Assembly (NCBI RefSeq): GCF_020745735.1 | Contig: NC_083423.1 | Span: 50,902,001-50,966,000, forward strand | From: Hemiscyllium ocellatum | Taxonomy: Eukaryota | DNA: 64,000 bases | Direction: 5' to 3' | Shown here: piece by piece, positions 59,701-64,000 of the stretch | How the letters are laid out: every line of letters starts with the position of its first letter | How positions within the stretch are numbered: position 1 is the stretch's first letter | Translations under genes and position numbers: made by a program | Notes under the pieces: generated by a model | Databases searched by the model: none | What the model was told of the DNA's origin: nothing | What the model saw: the letters and a program-made list of their open reading frames with translations, nothing else

Positions 59701-61739
59701 CCTATTTCCCTTCCCAATGCCATTCCACTAACACTCTCCCAGCAAACTCACGGTAGCTGATAACATCAAGTTCCACCCAATGAAGAGGTGCGCATTATGT
59801 AAGAGTTCTGAATAATTTTTGACAAAGCAGGTCATAGCTGTTGCATTATTCTTCCAATGAACAGTCTGTAAATGTGGCATTCAGTACTTTTCAGAGATCA
59901 TGTTTATAGAGAAAATTCTTCACTGAATACGGTCTTATGTCAGACATTGAGCACAAACCTACTGTACATTAGAGCCAAATTGCATGTATCCTGACAGCAC
60001 ACTTCTTTCGAGATAGTCAGGTCATGCCAACCAAAAAGAGGATTTTCATTTGTCCAGTAGTAATTATACTGTGACACTGCAAGGTGATTCATTCTATTAG
60101 TTCCAATTTCAGAGGTGGCAATGGACTTCCTCCACTACAACATCCCTCTTCTACAGTCAGTGTTGATTTTTGCTTCTTACAAAAACAGAATCATTGCAGC
60201 ACAGGCCGCCTTTATTAACCAGTGGTGTCCATGCAAGAGCGACTCCTTGCTTTCTCCATTCAAACAATGACCCAATTCCCCTTTAAAAACCATTACTAAA
60301 CGTGTTTCCAGCACAATCACAAAATATGCATAACCATCCACTTCTCCAGGAGAGTTCCAGCTTCTCCAATTTATCTTTAACCGAAATAATTATCCTCAAA
60401 GCCAATTTTCAAATCTCTCAGCACAATTGAGCTTTGTGGTGACCAATCCACTATGGTTCAGATTGAGTTGGAAGACACTTCTTTCAAATCAGATGACTTT
60501 CTTCTTGAAGCTGCTTTAATTGAAATTTCACAAGAGGATATATTATCCTAAAAGCATGCATTTGAAATAAATAGCTGTCATAAACAGATGTACCTCAGTA
60601 AAAGCATTAGAACAAACAGCTCATTGGACTGAAATATTTTACTTGGTCTTAAAGAACTAAAGTTACATCATTCAGTTTTGTAATAACACAATCATCTTCC
60701 AACAATTTTGCTGCATTTTTCCCTAAACCAAGTGCTATATATTCCACAGTTTTCAAGCTTTAGTTCCCAGTTGGAAAGTGGATCCCTGAGGTTAAAAAAG
60801 TGAAACATTTATGTCACTATCTTTGTGGATGGCAGCAACTGCAAAGTTACAAGGTAACTTATTTCAAATTTGATTACCCTCTTTCCTATGCATGGTAGGG
60901 TGATGCACACGTACGGTTTCACAGTCCGTACAAAGAAAAATTCAGGGATGAAAAAATATGGCAAAACCAAGAGCACATGGCCTGCCATGAATAATATAAC
61001 TAGTACTCAAACCAGTGTTTTTACTTATTTAAGCATTCAAAAATAATAGTGTTCCAAGTCACATGATTACAATCTGGCAATATTTTAGGAGGATTACGTG
61101 TCAAAAAAAAAACACATGGAGATGCACTCTAAATTCAATGACAAGTTCAAACATCAGCTACTACAGATTCCTTCATGCACTGGGACCAAAACTTAAGAGT
61201 TTTTTTTTAAAAAAAGTGTTATCCACTATGCCTTTATTTCTGAAACATTAAATCACCGATATGATACCCAATAAGAATCACGAATTGAATGTGACTCAAT
61301 TATAAAATGCCATAAATATTCTAATAAAATAACCCTCATTTATAGAAGAGGTCAAGTGCATTACAGAAATCACAAGGGTGGTTGTCTTGTAAGTTTATGA
61401 CACTCAGACTCAAAATTACTAGAAATAAGTTCATTTGGTTTTCAAACCTTTAGAACTGATCAGATGCACTACAGGAAGAATTGATTAAATCTTTTCAAGG
61501 GAATATTTAAGTATCTACCAGGCTATGGAAATTACCTAATATTCATAGGACTCATCTTTTCTTTAGCTACTGGAAATCATTTGCAAGTTTATATAAGCTT
61601 CTAATACACATTTGACATTGGAGTATGAGAGATCTTCCTAGTCTCCATCTAACTTGTAACCAGGTCCCCCTGCATTTGCTATCCATGTACATAAGTATTG
61701 TAATTATAGATTTTCCAAATGGTAAAGCTAGCTATCTAT

Positions 61740-61958
61740 TCAATTTTGATATTCCAAATCTGACTGGCTCTTTCCTATAGGAACTGGACCAGAGAAAGCT
61801 GGAGTTTTAATATTTCTTCGATCCTTTTCTGCTTCTTCATCCTCATCATATCGCTCATCATCATTATCCTCCTCATCACTCTGATGTGGGCTTGAATGCA
61901 GTGACACTGAAGGGGATGGGGGCACAGATGCTGGCCTGGGATACTTGAACCCCTCAGT
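61740..61958 (-). CDS. GYS2: Glycogen synthase, terminal coding exon
   Basis: Acceptor tacaatag|; encodes [72 protein letters not shown]. Short C-terminus ending EY.N and position next to SPX indicate GYS2. Confidence 0.93.
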   Translation of the reverse strand, partial: TEGFKYPRPASVPPSPSVSLHSSPHQSDEEDNDDERYDEDEEAEKDRRNIKTPAFSGPVPIGKSQSDLEYQN

Positions 61959-62096
61959 CTATTGTAGAAAAAGAAAATTAATTTGTGAATTAATTTTGAT
62001 TTTAAAACACGATGTTTGGAAAGCAGGTATTTCTTATAATTCTGCCTTAATACAAACTTTAAGCAGCATGCAACAATACAAAACAAATCAGCTTAC

Positions 62097-62177
62097 CAAT
62101 GGGGGAATGATTGGGTCCATTTGGAATTTTTCTGGGAAGGCTTTGCTCAGTGCAAGGTGGCGGGCATACATGTAGTA
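62097..62177 (-). CDS. GYS2: Glycogen synthase, penultimate coding exon; gene continues beyond the window
   Basis: tatttag|YYMYARHLALSKAFPEKFQMDPIIPPL|gtaagc; 81 nt, phase 0-0. Confidence 0.93.
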
Positions 62178-63324
62178 CTAAATATGAAAAAAAACAGAAT
62201 TAAAATTAACCCATATAAAGATCCAGCAAAATGATGGAAACAAATACAAGAGTTGTACATGTTAACTTCACATCTTGGTATGAGCTTTTTTATAGAACTT
62301 ACAGGAATACCAAATAATACTTTGAAAAAACCCTACTTACAATAAGTGTATTTGGGAATCAGCTATATTTAAATTTTAAAGACTTGGTTTAAAACCATTT
62401 TGGAAGGCAAAAATAATTTAATTTCCTACTAAATAAAAGTTGGTTTTCTCTCTTCCCATCACATTAGCTTCTTGAGTCAGGAATTAAACTATCAAACTAA
62501 TCTCCATTCGAAATTCTTGAAAGGCTACAGTAGCACTCCAACAATATTTTTTTCTCTCTTCCAAAAGGCATCACCAACATCAGTAACTTTCATGATCATG
62601 AACCAATGTCCTCTCATCTTCCTGCCTTTCATATCTGAAAGCTGGTTTCAGATGGTTTCCCCAAGTTGGTGGATCTTTAGAATCTTGTCCACTTCACTTA
62701 ACATCTCTTAACAATTAAAAAAAAACTCAAGCCTTGTGCTGGAACTATTTCCCCTCTGATATCAAGGATCCTTTACACTGCCTTCCTCTATACTGTCTCC
62801 AGGGCACGAATGGATGATCAGTACTCTAAGCAGTACTTCAAGCTGTGGCTTGGGGGAAGAAAAAAAATACCATGCAGCTTTAATGCAGTTTTCAGGAAGT
62901 GATCTCAAATGGATTTGCCCAGTCAGTGAAATGTTTAAGGCAACAAGTGGAAACTTTTCACAAAAATCAAATGGTGTCTCAAATTGACCCACTCATTGTT
63001 TTTAGTAATCACTTAATAGCCACGATGAATGCTCAGTGCTTGTCTGGAGATCTGAACTTATCAAAGAACACACAAACATGATGGAAGAACTTTCAGAAGT
63101 GACCACTGAAATTGATGTTAGACAATCCGAATCAAAGCAACTCTGACACAATTAAACAACTAAATAAGTGTTCACTAATTTAAAAAAAGCGCAGAAAACG
63201 TGTGTCTGGTCTTTGCTATAAAAACCAAATCCTACCAGGTCTTCCCACAATTTATGAAATACAAGTGTGATGCAATTAACTAACTGACCCCAAAGAAGAT
63301 TTGGAACAAATAGATTACAGGAGG

Positions 63325-63597
63325 GAGTTGAGAGTGGGGTGCTGGAAAAGCACAACAGGTCAGGCAGCATCCGAGGAGCAGGAAAATCGATGTTTCAGGT
63401 ATAAGCCCTTCATCAGGAATGAGGATCGTAGGCCGGATTGATTGAGAGATGAATGGATGGGGAAGGTAGCTGGAAATGTGTTCGGTAGATGAAAATGGAG
63501 GAGAAATGCGTTAGGCTGGAGTGAATAGGTGGGAAGGAAGATGGACAGGTTAAGAGGGCAGTGCCAAGTTGGATGCTTGGGACCGGGATAAGGTTAT
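63325..63597 (-). mobile_element. PLE pLTR fragment (family 2-like) in a GYS2 intron
   Basis: Homologous to 31561-31823; decayed hammerhead core (tcatcag at 63410-63416). Confidence 0.8.
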
Positions 63598-64000
63598 GAG
63601 CCAGGCCAATATCTCAAAAACAAAATCAACTATGCAAATAATTGAGAACTAGATGAACTCAATCTGATAAATATGATTGATGGATATCAATACAAAATGT
63701 AGAGTGCAGTAGACCTTTCACTTTTATTCCATATCTTAGATGTGCATTTTGCAAAATACAATACTTGATTATATCATGAAATCATATCTGTGCAAACCTT
63801 TTATTTTGCCATGTATTTTTATCTTAATGACAACAACAGTTATATACAATAAAAACTGTGTGCCACCACAGTTTAGCAACAAATAACATTTATTGGACCA
63901 ATTAGTAATGATAAAAAATCCCTTGGGAAGGGGAAAGGAATGTCCAAATCATATTTGCTTTGCTGCCACTGCATGGCATTTGGCCATACAAAGGGACACG

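Noticed and set aside
62178-64000. Further GYS2 exons
   Set aside because: The expected preceding exon (..ERLSDLLDW..) was not found; the region appears intronic.
1-64000. CRISPR arrays, prokaryotic operons or defence systems
   Set aside because: Sequence is eukaryotic with spliced genes. No regularly spaced repeat-spacer array is present, and the remaining short ORFs are repeat-derived or random.

Overview
Vertebrate genomic DNA, most likely a cartilaginous fish (shark). This is inferred from the HE1/V-SINE-like tRNA SINEs, the CR1 LINE content and the gene sequences. Three spliced genes can be read directly. GOLT1B (+) has 5 coding exons at 4184-19556, encodes 138 aa and sits behind a CpG-island promoter. 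SPX/spexin (+) has 6 coding exons at 50728-56370 and encodes a 122-aa prepropeptide with mature NWTPQAMLYLKGAQ-GRR. The last two exons of glycogen synthase GYS2 (-) lie at 61740-62177. This order matches the conserved RECQL-GOLT1B-SPX-GYS2 block. The rest is dominated by retroelements: CR1 LINE fragments, tRNA-derived SINEs, a solo LTR and many Penelope-like elements (PLEs). One PLE (about 28840-31418) is very young: uninterrupted RT + GIY-YIG frame, identical 241-bp inverted pseudo-LTRs, a 16-bp target duplication and template-jump scars. PLE ends from at least four families carry minimal hammerhead ribozyme motifs with a palindromic helix III (ACGU or AGCU). The most unusual signal is a recurring class of 150-230 bp non-coding fold-back insertions. 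Each has two inverted PLE ends, a one-sided ~32-40 nt tail and (in most copies) a ~14-16 bp target duplication, with the fold point at or next to the ribozyme. They come from several PLE families, and three lie in introns of the host genes. All coordinates were read by eye; boundaries of old repeats are approximate.
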